Below are positions 51,433-64,000 of a stretch of 64,000 nt of DNA, one piece after another. Within the stretch, counting starts at the first letter, position 1, and every line of letters begins with the position of its first letter. The notes under the pieces are model-generated. The model made no database searches. It was not told the origin of the DNA and saw nothing but the letters and a program-made list of their open reading frames with translations. The stretch is from contig JALDZS010000100.1 of NCBI GenBank assembly GCA_022813965.1, positions 1 through 64,000 on the forward strand, written 5' to 3'. This DNA is from Toensbergia leucococca (taxonomy: Eukaryota). Both the position numbers and the translations under genes were made by a program.

Positions 51433-52496
51433 GATGGAAGATGACGATCGAAACCCTATGATCAGTGAGCAGGAGGACACATGAGCGGCAAGCGGAGAGT
51501 GATGCACCTAAATTACGCGCCTCCAATGCGACGAGTTGTGCAGGGTGATATGCCAGTTCAAAATTGTTGTGATATCTTTTCGCCAACTGATGATGATCAA
51601 CAGCGAGGGAGGTCTGACGAGCGAAGGATGGCAGGACGACGACTATGGTGTGTTCGACGAGTGCATGTAGGTTGAAGGGTATTGGTTTGGATTAGTGCAG
51701 TTGATCATCGGAGAGAACGGAGCTCGTGGCGAGGTAAGGAGAAGGAAGAGTCGGAAGTGAGGTTGTAGTGACGATACGGATAATACTCTAAATATTAGTA
51801 GTATGTTTTGGCCGATCTCTATCCCATTCCGGGCATGAGCCGAGGGGTTTGCGAGTCACTATGAATGATGGCAAGACTCTGGTCGAGATTCAAGCTGGGC
51901 AAAGGTAGAAGCTTTACTCGGTCAACAACAGCAGTTGAGGTGGCGCTGGAGTTGTGGATGCGGAAGGATTGAATAAGAAGAAGGGGTGGTGGCGAAGATG
52001 GTGCTAGATGTGACAGTGAACTGGAACTGGAACTGGTTCATGACCTTGGCTGACCGCCCCAGTACTCGCAGTAGCGCCAGGACAAAGAAGCGACCCCTCC
52101 CTCTTCCCTCTATTGTCTATTCTATTGTCTAGCCTGAAAGTCCAGGCATTACCTTAATAAGTAAGTAGGCAGGTAGGCTCGTAGGGTAGTGTGATTACCT
52201 AGTGTGATTGTTGACGCATCACCCCGATAGAGAGAGGGGTTACTTCATCTGTTCATTGGCTAAACTCAAGCTACAAGTATCTTTGATCGTGCGCCATTTG
52301 ATTGACTTTGATTTATGATTGCCCTGCATCAATTCCCATACCTGCACCTGCCTAAAGAATGTATCATCCTTCATTGAGGTATTCATATGCTGTTTCTCCC
52401 TACACCCAATTAGACCGGCTGTCTCGGATCGTATGCTTGTGATCTAGCCCAAAGCGAGAGGAAGAAGCCATTTACCAATACTTTGCTTTTAAAACC

Positions 52497-53434
52497 ATGG
52501 CCGATCCTGCCTCGCCGGGAGTCGCAAATCCCGTGGTCTTCTTTGACCTAACCCTAGGTGGTGAGTACCTTACCAACGTCAACTCTGGCTCTTGATTTCT
52601 TAGTCCAGCCGTATTTTTCGTGCTCTTACTCGCGGGCTAGATAGTCTAGATAAATACACGCTTTGACTTCGTGTGTACTATCAGCTTGTTATTGCAGTCC
52701 GTTTCTTTATCGTCTCCTCTATCTAAAAAACTTGAACATAGACTATGCCTTCATGATGACCATGTACTTGTTTGATTCTACTTGAAGTAAACACTGACAC
52801 GTTAGACCCAAGGAGAACCTCTTGGTCGTGTGAAAATAGAGCTCTTCGCTGACTCGGTCCCCAAGACGGCCGAAAATTTCCGACAATTCTGCACTGGTGA
52901 AACTAAGAATGCTCAAGGTCGACCACAAGGCTATAAAGGTAGCAAATTCCATCGTGTGGTAAGTGGTCTGCTCAAGCCCTTCACCAATGTGACTGATCTT
53001 AAGAATAAAAAAATAGATCAAAGACTTCATGATTCAAGGAGGTGATTTCCTCAACGGTGACGGCACTGGGAGTGCGTCCATATATGGCACCAAATCTTTT
53101 GCAGATGAAAATTTCAAGCTCAAGCATGATACTGCCGGCCTACTCAGTATGGCGGTGAGTGGATGCTGTTCGATATCATTGCCCCTTCTTGCATTGACCT
53201 TGTTCCCTCCCGGAATACTAACCTCTCCATCCTTTGCTCCAGAATTCGGGTCCAAACACTAATGGGAGTCAATTCTTCATCACTACTGTTCCAACCCCAT
53301 TCCTGAATAACAAGCACGTTGTCTTCGGTAAAGTCATTGATGGCCTTGACGTTGTCCGCAAGGTCGAAAATACCCGAACACGCGGCGAGAAACCTGCCTC
53401 CGACGTTGCTATTGCGCAGTGCGGTGAGATGTAA
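52497..53434 (+). CDS. Peptidyl-prolyl isomerase, cyclophilin H (U4/U6 snRNP-type)
   Basis: [100 protein letters not shown] and FLNGDG fit CypH. Confidence 0.9.
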
Positions 53435-54013
53435 TCTTACAAGTCTTTCGAGAAAATTGGTGGAATGCCTACTGGCGAGTATCTTACTAGACTGAGTTGG
53501 AGGCAGATGAGATCTTATATCAATGGCCAATTTAGTCTCTGAAGGCGCACAGCGTGAAGCCAAATTCACGATTGTTTCAGAGCAATCCGGAGGAAAAAGC
53601 GGGTATTGGTTCTATAGACCACGCGATTTCAGAAAAGAGATGAAGAACCAGGTGTCGGGTCAGGTCAGGCTTAAGGAGTTTGGAAGGGGTGACATATCTC
53701 AATCACAAGATGGTCACGGCCTCACATTCCATGAAGTAGGGTTGTAGTGGAACACTTTCCTCACCTAGAAAGGGATCAAAAAATCACCTTCAAGCACAGT
53801 CATGTTTATTGAATAAATGCTCATCCTTGACAGTATCGTAGATTGTGCGATGTTGGAATAAAAAGGGTTATGGGTAAATTTGAGAGCCAATAGAAGATTT
53901 TGACGACTCTTCCCCGGATTAGATGCACAATAAACCATATCCGGCATTTCCTCGACTACAAAACATTTACTCGTCAGTGCTATAAATTTCACACCAGAGA
54001 TTGATATTTCCTC

Positions 54014-55600
54014 ATGCGTACGTCTTGGTAGCCAACGATCTCGGCATATCAGGGGGTATGGATTCACATGCAAGTTTGGACGTCCTCAGTATATCGCAAT
54101 CAAGTGGGAAAATATGCTTGCGACAACGCCCAACATTGCTGGAAGAAGTGAGCCGTTGATAAATTCTTAAATCCACCTCAGTTGTTGATGGCTTGATAGT
54201 CTCCGATAGCCATGCCGCCTGGTCAGACCTTCCCACGGACTTCTTACGGGCTGAGCTCGACAGAAGGCAATCTTCCAAGCCAGCATGTGGTTCTGCTGGG
54301 TCTAGGGAGAAATATAACACTCCTCTTCACGTCATAGCCCTCATCATCATCCTCGTGCTGAGCACAGTCGGTCAGTACCACATCCAGTCTCCAACCATGG
54401 CTGCTGATAAACATTCCAGCATGCTCTTTCCCAATAATAGTCCGCCACTTCCCTCGACTACCCGTCCCCCACCACTTCCTTTTCCTATCCCGCCACTTTG
54501 GAACCGGCGTTCTAATTGCAACTGCTTTTGTACATCTTCTCCCGACTGCCTTTGTGTCTCTCACCGATCCATGTCTACCCTCCTTCTGGAACCGGGGTTA
54601 TCCCGCCATGGCGGGCCTTATTGCCATGACGTCTGTTCTTCTGGTAGTGGGCATCGAGATGTTCTTTGCCACCAGGGGCGCCGGCCATATGCATGGCAGC
54701 GAGTACGACACTTTACCTGAAAACGAGAGGCATGGAAGGCACAAGAACATGAGTAACGGCCATACCAGGCCTAGACACACGAGAGAAGAGTCACCACCAC
54801 AATATCCTCATACAAAGCCCGAAGCAGATGACCAGCAGAGAGACATAGCCCTGGGGACATTTTCAGGCTCTTCAGAACAACTTATTAATGCAACAACGCC
54901 CTCCACCCCCTCCACCCCCGTAGATCTCCCCAACGGTCCCCAAGCTAAGCACAACGACCTCGAAGAAGCAGACCCAGAGTCTGACCTCGACCTCGACGAA
55001 TTGGACCCCACAGCCGACGTATCGAACCTCCTACCCAGCTACCCCGCCACTGAGCACCAACCCCTCTACCGCCCCTCTCACCCAAACCTCTCAACCCAAC
55101 AACTCGAACAAAAGCAACTCCTCCAATGCCTCCTTCTGGAAGCCGGCATCCTCTTCCACAGCATCTTCATAGGTATGGCCCTCTCCGTCGCAACCGGTAC
55201 CTCCTTCCTCGTCCTCCTAATCGCCATATCCTTCCACCAAACCTTCGAAGGCCTCGCCCTGGGCTCGCGCATCGCAGCCATCACGTCCTTCCCCCGCGCG
55301 TCCCTCAAACCCTGGCTCATGGCTCTCGCCTACGGGACCACCACCCCCGTCGGACAAGCCATCGGGCTGGCCGTGCATGGATTGTATGATCCGGCGGGTA
55401 AGACGGGCTTGTTGATGGTGGGAGTGATGAATGCGATTAGTAGCGGACTTTTGTTGTTTGCCGGCTTGGTGGAGCTGTTGGCCGAGGACTTTTTGAGTGA
55501 TCGGAGTTATGAGGTTTTGAAGGGCAGGAGGAGAATGGAGGCTTGTGGGGCGGTGGTGGCGGGGGCGTTGCTTATGGCGTTGGTGGGGGCATGGGCGTGA
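54014..55600 (+). CDS. ZIP-family zinc transporter
   Basis: HFGTGVLIATAFVHLLP, LEAGILFHSIFIG, FHQTFEGLALG, YGTTTPVGQAIG, NAISSGLLLFAGLVELLAEDF. Start inferred from ATGC|GTACGT micro-exon (54014-54017) spliced to 54182; 5' end uncertain. Confidence 0.88.
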
Positions 55601-55992
55601 GGGGGGGGAAGCTGGGAGGTTGGCTGTTTTTGCATCTTACGAGGATTTTTCATGGGGATGTGGTTTGTGCTGGTCTTCATACATAGCGTGATGGTAGTGT
55701 ATATAGTATCGCTCAGGATTAGAAGATTTGGCTTCTTCTTTGTTATTTGACGTTTCAGGACTTCGCTTGAGAGGGACTGATATTTGTTTCTTGACTACGG
55801 ATGATGTTGCAATCGCATGCTATACAATAGCGCAAGTTGTGGCTTGGAAACATTTTGACATTGAAAGAGACGGCCGAGTACTCAGGACATGCAACGACGT
55901 AGCATCTACAGCATGAAGCCGAGTAGAAATATTTGCATTCCTACAAATATCCACCACCCCACTCAGCAGCACAGAATCCCAACCCCCACAAC

Positions 55993-58900
55993 CTACCCAT
56001 CCAGCACCCCCCCCTCCCGCAACCCCTTCCACAACTCCGCCTCCAAAAACTTCCCCACACTAACATCCTCACTCAACCCCTTCCTCCTCCTCGTCTTGAT
56101 CACAAAATCCCTCGCCGTCCCCCCCGCCCCCGCCATCTCCAACGGCCGCAACTTGACCTCCCGATCCAGCGGGTCCCCAGGAACCACACTCCAGCGCTCA
56201 AACACCAACGCCACCGCCGCCTGGCCCTGCGTATGGATACGGACATCGGTTTCGAAGCCGAAGCTGTCGATGACGGGGACGAGACCCCGGACGCCGTAGA
56301 GTGGGGTGCCGGCGATAGGCCCATCGGAGAGGACGTGGCCGCGGCGGCGGGACAGGACGGTGTAGAGGGCGGAGACGGAGTCGGCGGGGCCGGTCATGGA
56401 GACGGTGTAGAGGGGTTCGAGGAGGCGGGGGGAGGCGGTCAGGAAGGAGGAGTAGAGGGCGCGGCGGCAGGTGGGGATTATTTGGCCGCCGCCGCGGGAG
56501 ATGGAGTCTGGGGCTAGGCTCATGTCGGTGAGTTTGAAGCGCGTGTTGCGGATTGCTGTGTTTTTGTGGTGAGAGGTTAGCAGAGTGGGGTTGTTTTGAG
56601 GGAAGGGGGGGTGACGTTACGTTCTTCGCAGAGGGGGCCTTCGCGGGTCCCCCAGCTGAAGCCTTGGCGGAGGGTGTCGCGGACGGTGGAGAGGAGTTTC
56701 TTGTCGACTTGGGAGGGGAGGGTGTCGTCTTGGAGGATGTTGGGGCCCATTTCATCGGGGCCAAAAGCCCAGATGCTACGCGAGGCGAGCTTATCCCAGT
56801 CGTAGTTCTCCTCGAAGAACTGCCCCACTTTGCGAATTGGGTCTCGAATGCTGACTTTGCCGCTTTCAATGTCCTGAGCGATACCGTCATCGAGGGGCTC
56901 GGCAACCATGGTGATTTTATTTTTTTTGTTCGGGGTGATGGCGTAGCACATGATTGCGGAGGTTTCGACGACGGTTTCGCAGAAGCGGGTGACAGGGTCG
57001 GAGACTTTGAGCTCCATTTCCGAGTAGAGGCGGCGGAGATCGTGCAGCACGCAGTCCATGTAGAGTTCGCCTGTGCCCAGGATAACGTGCTCGCCGGATT
57101 CTTCGACTTTGGTGGTGATGAGGGGGTAGGATTTGTTGATCTTTCGTAGGCCGTCGAGCATTTTTGGGAGCTCAGAGGGGTTGATGGGCTCGACGGCGAC
57201 TTTGAAAACTGATTCCGTGAAGTGTTTGATTGGCTTGAATATGTAGGCATCCTCGTCGTCTTCGAGGCGTGGGGGAACGAGTGTGGCAGTCTTGACTATT
57301 GAATTGTCGATACCACTTAAGAGGACCCAGTTTCCTGCTGGAACACCACTTGTGGGGATATTGTACCTTGACTCTGCGATCCATGTATCTGCGATTGTCG
57401 AGATAGTCATGTCTTCTTCGTCATCTATCGTATACCCTTCGCCTAGCACTCGGACTTGCTGCCCTGCTTTGGCGATACCACTCATGACTCGGCCGAAGGA
57501 GTTGAATCCTGTAGCATCTGGAGTGTTGAATAATTTGGTAATTTGGACAACCAGTGGGCCATCTTGATCACACCTCTCGATGGCAGAAGCGACCTTGGTA
57601 TCAGTTGGGCCAGTGTAATAACGATGCAGCTTTTTCTTTGCTCCTTCAGCAGGCGATGGTATGTGCTCAACGATCATATCCACGAATCCCTCTGCTAGGC
57701 CGAAGAATTGTTGACAGACCATCTTGAGCAGATCCTGGGCATCAGTCTTGTATTGCGAGGGTTTCAGACGGATTCCCAGCGTTGCCAGGATCTCCTTCAG
57801 ATCCTCCGGACTCTCACTGATCGTGTGTGAATAGAGCTTGTAGATGGGTTCAAGTACAAAATTGACAAAGGTTCTTTTCGATCGCTCTTCAGTGCCTTTC
57901 CGCGTAAATGACCTCCTCTTTGGGTTAAAGAATATATCTCCCCACAGTCGAACACTGAAATCCTTGGCGTTTACATCGGGATAGCTATCTGCATACATTT
58001 TCGCAAAAGAGGGCAGCGTGAAACACCATCCCATGCTACTGCAGGCAAAAGCAACATTTCCCTTTTCAGGACTCAGTCGACGTTTGTCGCCCTGTCCAGG
58101 CAATGTGTTCTCAATCACGGTATTGACTTCTTCAATGACATGCTTGAGTTTGAAGTATGCGTCTGTTGGGGGTAATTTCAATTCCAAAATCAAGCGATCC
58201 ATTTTGTTGACTATCAAAGTCAGGGGCAAATCCTCCAGTACGGCATACTTGATCATCTGTTCCGTATTGATCTGAACACCCTCAACCACATCGACAACCA
58301 AGACAACTCCGTCTACAAGCCGTAGCGAAGCTGCCACTTCGTCCACAAAATTGACATGGCCGGGTGTGTCCATTATATTAAACAGGTGGGACTTTCCACG
58401 TGTGCCCTGCAGAACTAGGCTCATAGGCGCACATTTAATTGATATACCTCGTGCTCGTTCCAGCATGTGAATATCAGTATACCGAAGCTGCTCATCCCGT
58501 TTCCGACCAGTGTTTTTCTCAAGCCGATCATGTATATCGTGTGTCTGCATGACAAGCATGTCCATCAAGGCTGTTTTGCCATGATGTAAATGACCCGCAA
58601 AAGCGATGTTCCTGATTTGCTCGGGAAAGTTCATCAAATCTGTCATGAAGTCTCGAGCGAAATGAACCGGGGGTAGGTCGGCTTCTTGAATGACAAATTT
58701 CTTTTGTTGAATCGGGGCGATGATGGGTTGAGATAGGGGTTGGGCATCCTCCTCTTGGACCATGGTCTCGACGTCGGGACCATATACCTGTTGGGCTGTA
58801 GGATAATACTGCTTGTCTTCGTGCAGTACGACGGCATTTGAAGGTCCATCGTCTGTGCTCAAGGTTAGAACGACCTTTGGTAGAATTCCAGAAGAAAGCG

Positions 58901-59125
58901 TGCTGACCGTCCAATTCCATTAGCTGCTGGTCGTTTGCTGGCGCATCTTCCTCTTCGTCCTCATCATATACATAATTCTCGGCGCCATTAACGCCATGCT
59001 GCGATTCCTCTTCTGACTCTTCGGCCTCTCCAATGAAGTTCCCAAACCTGCAGCAAGTAGATTAGCATTTCATAGTCGGGAACACGCGAATTGTATTATA
59101 CTCACTCGTCGTAAAGGTCGTCCAT
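55993..59125 (-). CDS. SNU114: U5 snRNP EF-2-like GTPase Snu114
   Basis: [83 protein letters not shown]. Confidence 0.97.
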
Positions 59126-59621
59126 GATTAAAGATGGCCAGAGTGTCATCAAACACCTGGAGAATGTACTCGGTAGAAGTTCATCTGATAAACTTCCACT
59201 CTTCCAGGGTAAAACGCCGAACGCGCTAAGATTTGAGCCTCAACCTTAATCTGGAGATCCTCGCGGATTGTCGGTCATTTGGGGGGCTAGCCGTTTATTG
59301 ACAAGCCCGAAATATTTGTTGAACTCTCTTTTAACCCGTGTGCCCGTGCCCTCCTCCCTCCTTCGTCTCACTCAGCTCACTCAGCGCGACAATACCTTAT
59401 CGTTCTGCATTGTTGTGTGCTGGCAGGAAGGCGCACCTCGGCGTGATAAGTCATTACCTACTCCGTAACCGTACTGTATTGAATCTTACTTGTTCGAGGA
59501 CTTGATCTGATCCTCCTACATTACACACTTTTAGATAGAATCAATCGAACCCACTCAGCCCAAAACTACTTGCTTCTTGTGCCTTAGATTTCTGTTTCTA
59601 CCACCAGTCGCAATCCTTAAA

Positions 59622-60996
<1,375 letters not shown>

Positions 60997-62391
60997 GGGA
61001 GTGGCTAGAAGATGGGGACGTAAAGGGAGATCTACTGGGTGAAAAACAAGCCAGCTCTAGGAGTATCAGTTCTAGTGCTGTGTGGATAAGTCGAGGGATG
61101 GATCATCATATATTACGTCTTGCAAACAATCACCGGCATCTCCGTCAATGTGCCTAATCCGAGCTTCAAAGGAAACGTGAGCTATTTCTTGCGAAAGCCA
61201 GACTCGACGGTCTTCAACCAAAGAACCCCAACGACAATATCTTCAACGATACAGCACACGAACCAAGCCATTACTGAACAACAGCCAACACCCAGACTGA
61301 CAATTCACCTCCGCCCCACCATCTGCCTCCCAAAATGCCCCGGTCCTATCTAGATACCAAATCCCACCATAGGTACTCTACCACAATCGGCCTTTTTTCC
61401 CCCCCGAATCCCTCCCCAAAATCCTTTCCGCTTGTCACCCACCCACCATCGGCAATCCTTTCATCTTTTTTTTTTTTTTAGCTTCGTTCGACTCATATTA
61501 GCCAGCCACACGCCCTCTTCTTCTTGATGGAGCCCGGGATTAGTAACGCCACTCCCACTCGTCTGATAGAATAAGAAAACTTGGCAATGGTGACCCCTAA
61601 CGGGCCCTGGAGATTGGAGTCCCTACCTTTAGTTTAGTTCAGACCTTTTTTTTTTTGGCTTTCACGGACGCTTTGTGGGTACTGTGCTTTGTTCATTGGG
61701 TTGATTTTGGACCTGGAGATTAGAGGGTCGTTTTCTATCTTGGGGACTGATGGGGCGGCTTGGTTTTCTGCGTTTGGGTTTTTGTGTGTGTTTTTTAGGC
61801 GAAGGGCGAAGGCGAGAGAGAGAGGGGCAGGATTTTTTGGGGGGAGAGTTCATGTGTTTTTTCAGCTAATTGTTGACTGAGGTGGCCTGTTTCGATGCAT
61901 GGAAGTTGGTGTAGTGTACCTAGTGAAAAGGCGGGGTTGTTCGGAATCGGTCTCGCATCTCACGGGGTCGTGGGAATTTTTGGGGGGCTACATATTTATG
62001 AGACTTGGGATGGCTGGGACAAGGGTGAGAGTTGTGTTTTTGATCGGGAAGGCTGGAAGTGAGGGCTTGGGTGGGATGTTTTGTTTGAATGGGGTTGTGC
62101 GGTTGTGCATCATGTTTTCTTTCTTTCTGCTCTTCACAAATATATGTGACGACCCTCTCAGAAGTGAGAATTGAACCTCCAGAGTCAAACCCAAACCCAA
62201 ACCCACAAAAAAACCAAGGTTAAAAAAAAGCCTTGCTTTTAAATAGCATGAGATTAAAAAAGGGTCAATGGCACATGCAAAGAGAGGTGAGAGAAATTAA
62301 AGTCAGAATCAAAAAGGGGTGTGAAAATTGTGATGATTTTTCTAGGTGATATTGTGGTCAAGCATCTATTCTAGGTAGCATAGAGGACCCC

Positions 62392-62418
62392 GGGGGGGGG
62401 GGGGGGGGGGGGGGGGGG
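62392..62418 (+). repeat. Poly-G tract (27 nt)
   Basis: Direct reading; an 18-nt poly-C tract also lies at 46443-46460. Confidence 0.85.
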
Positions 62419-62623
62419 CGGGTGAATGTTGATGTACCTGAAGAAGGGGGGGGCTTGCCCTGTAGCATAAGACCATCTTTATTTCATTAATCTTTGTCAC
62501 GGTGAAAAGGGAGCCGTTTCTGGATCCTGTTGCCATGTTCCTCCTTACTTAGGAATCCCCGCGAAGTCTTTCCACAAGCTTTCGTCCCTTCTTCTTCCGA
62601 GCTTGAGGAATTGGGGAAACCGT

Positions 62624-63399
62624 CTATGGGCCCATTCGCTCGAGAAAATTGCTTGTGAGACTCGGAGAATGAAGGCGATTCCGATATTTCGTGTTTGTTG
62701 AAAGTTTGTTTTTTGAACGACTGAGTTGATCCCACTGCTTGCAGCCACCAGGAATAACAATGTTTGAATGACCAAACAGGTTCCGAGGATTGTATCCATC
62801 TAAAAGGAAAAGTCAAAAGAGGACTTTAGAGAAATTCATCTTTACATACAACATACTTCTGAGATAATCAAAGCTCAGTATAGATTGCCTCTCCTCAACC
62901 TGGTACTTCATATCTCTCTCTGCCAACATCAAGGGCTTATGCTTGAAATCGTAGCGTAGCTTGGCAAATGCGTTCGCGAAAGCGAGTGATTCCTCCGCTT
63001 TGTCTCACTTGAATTGTTTAAGCCGTCCTAGGTCTTCCATTGGAAGCTCCGTCAGCAAGCTAAGCGTGTCTTGAACGTTGAAGCCGTACAAAATCTCATT
63101 TGATGATCCGCCGGTGGACTGATTCTTTAGTTGTTCATGGATCCCTGAAGATACGGGAGTATACTTGTTAATCCTTGTTTTTCCCAAGCTTCCTTGCTGT
63201 AATATATCGCAATTTGCCCACGGCCTGTGACCTTTTTGGCCAGAGCCCAAGCTTCGTCATTACTTAGGAATAAATCATTTTTCAAGAGACATCGAAAAAC
63301 CCAATATTTGACATCTTTACTTGAGCTGTCGATAGAAAGGGTCTCAGGAGTTGCGAAGACGTTTGATGGAATAGATAGCTGGCTGTTAGAGGTAGCCAT
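62624..63399 (-). pseudogene. Possible degraded hypothetical gene
   Basis: MATSNSQL..DVKYWVFRCL..EAWALAKKVTG ORF ends at 63127; an overlapping frame continues through an internal TGA (63005) to a GTATGT..TAG intron (~62800-62857) and more open frame. Confidence 0.25.
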
Positions 63400-64000
63400 T
63401 GTACGAGGTGGTCTAGAGTGATGGGGAGTGATTGAGTACGGTGGGGGAAAAATCAAAGTAGGAGTCCTCGGAGAATCGTCGGCGAAAATTTCACCGAGAC
63501 AAACTTTATTCAAAAACCCTAAAAAACAAAAAGATGACAAAACTTTAATTTCTCAAGGAGGGTTTAAAGCACGCCATTTGGCTCTCATCTTTCTTTGCAT
63601 GTCTAGCTAATTAGCTGGTCAGAACCTAGCAAAAAGGGATTGTTTATATATATTCCCAAAAAAAAGGCGGGGGTAAATCCCCCCCCTCAAAAAATACACA
63701 CCCTTGACTTTGTCTCAAAGAATGAGGTGGTTGAGATATATGCTCTCAAACAGGAGCGTGGTGTTGCCACCAAGTGGGTGTTTCAGTAAGGAGAAACAAG
63801 AAGAAGAAAAAGAAAAAAAGAAGAGAAGAGAGGAAGATACAACCCCTCAACTGACGAACGAAAGATATAAACAGTGGGGGGAGAAAGAAGTATAAACACC
63901 CACAGCCGCAGCTAATCTACACAGCCAATTCTCCAAAGGTCAAGGACATCTAGACCAACCATCCCAAGATGCATGCACAACCACTCCGAATCCCACAATC

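Noticed and set aside
52740..52750. 11-nt complementarity between the HAP3 snoRNA D-side region and the cyclophilin intron (AGACTATGCCT)
   Set aside because: The match does not reach the D+5 position and is plausible by chance given the number of comparisons.
52753..52797. C box ATGATGA plus CTGA as a C/D snoRNA in the cyclophilin intron
   Set aside because: Only 45 nt, too short, and the CTGA is the branch-point sequence.
55889..57250. Long overlapping or antisense ORFs over SNU114, and similar ones over ERG10, OST2 and ZIP
   Set aside because: By-products of extreme C/G skew depleting stop codons; translations are low complexity.
62186..62204. CAAACC repeats as telomeric sequence
   Set aside because: Not TTAGGG/CCCTAA; only three units in a C/A-skewed tract.

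Overview
Intron-containing genomic DNA of a filamentous ascomycete (Pezizomycotina; lichen-forming Lecanoromycete affinity is a guess). The first ~9.8 kb is an accessory-looking block. It holds an intronless F-box gene and a large secreted subgroup-C (killer-toxin-type) GH18 chitinase gene with an N-terminal NucA/NucB-like DNase domain, Kex2-type sites and CBM18 modules, now disrupted by one stop and one frameshift. It also holds the chitinase's head-to-head LysM/CBM18 partner gene and a TA-flanked MITE. The rest is mostly conserved housekeeping genes: PWP1, DUF726/MIL1, RTC4-domain, TMEM14, OST2, ARO8, HAP3, GIM4, CMC2, UTP23, PTC7, SKG3/CAF120-like, CitE-like, RING-H2, cyclophilin H, ZIP transporter, SNU114 and ERG10. 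Non-coding highlights are a C/D-box snoRNA candidate in HAP3 intron 1, a multi-hairpin H/ACA-like RNA candidate in an orphan intron, a recurrent TACGGAGTA promoter motif and repeated C-rich-to-G-rich skew switches. Exon boundaries were read by eye and family calls come from recognised motifs, not database searches.
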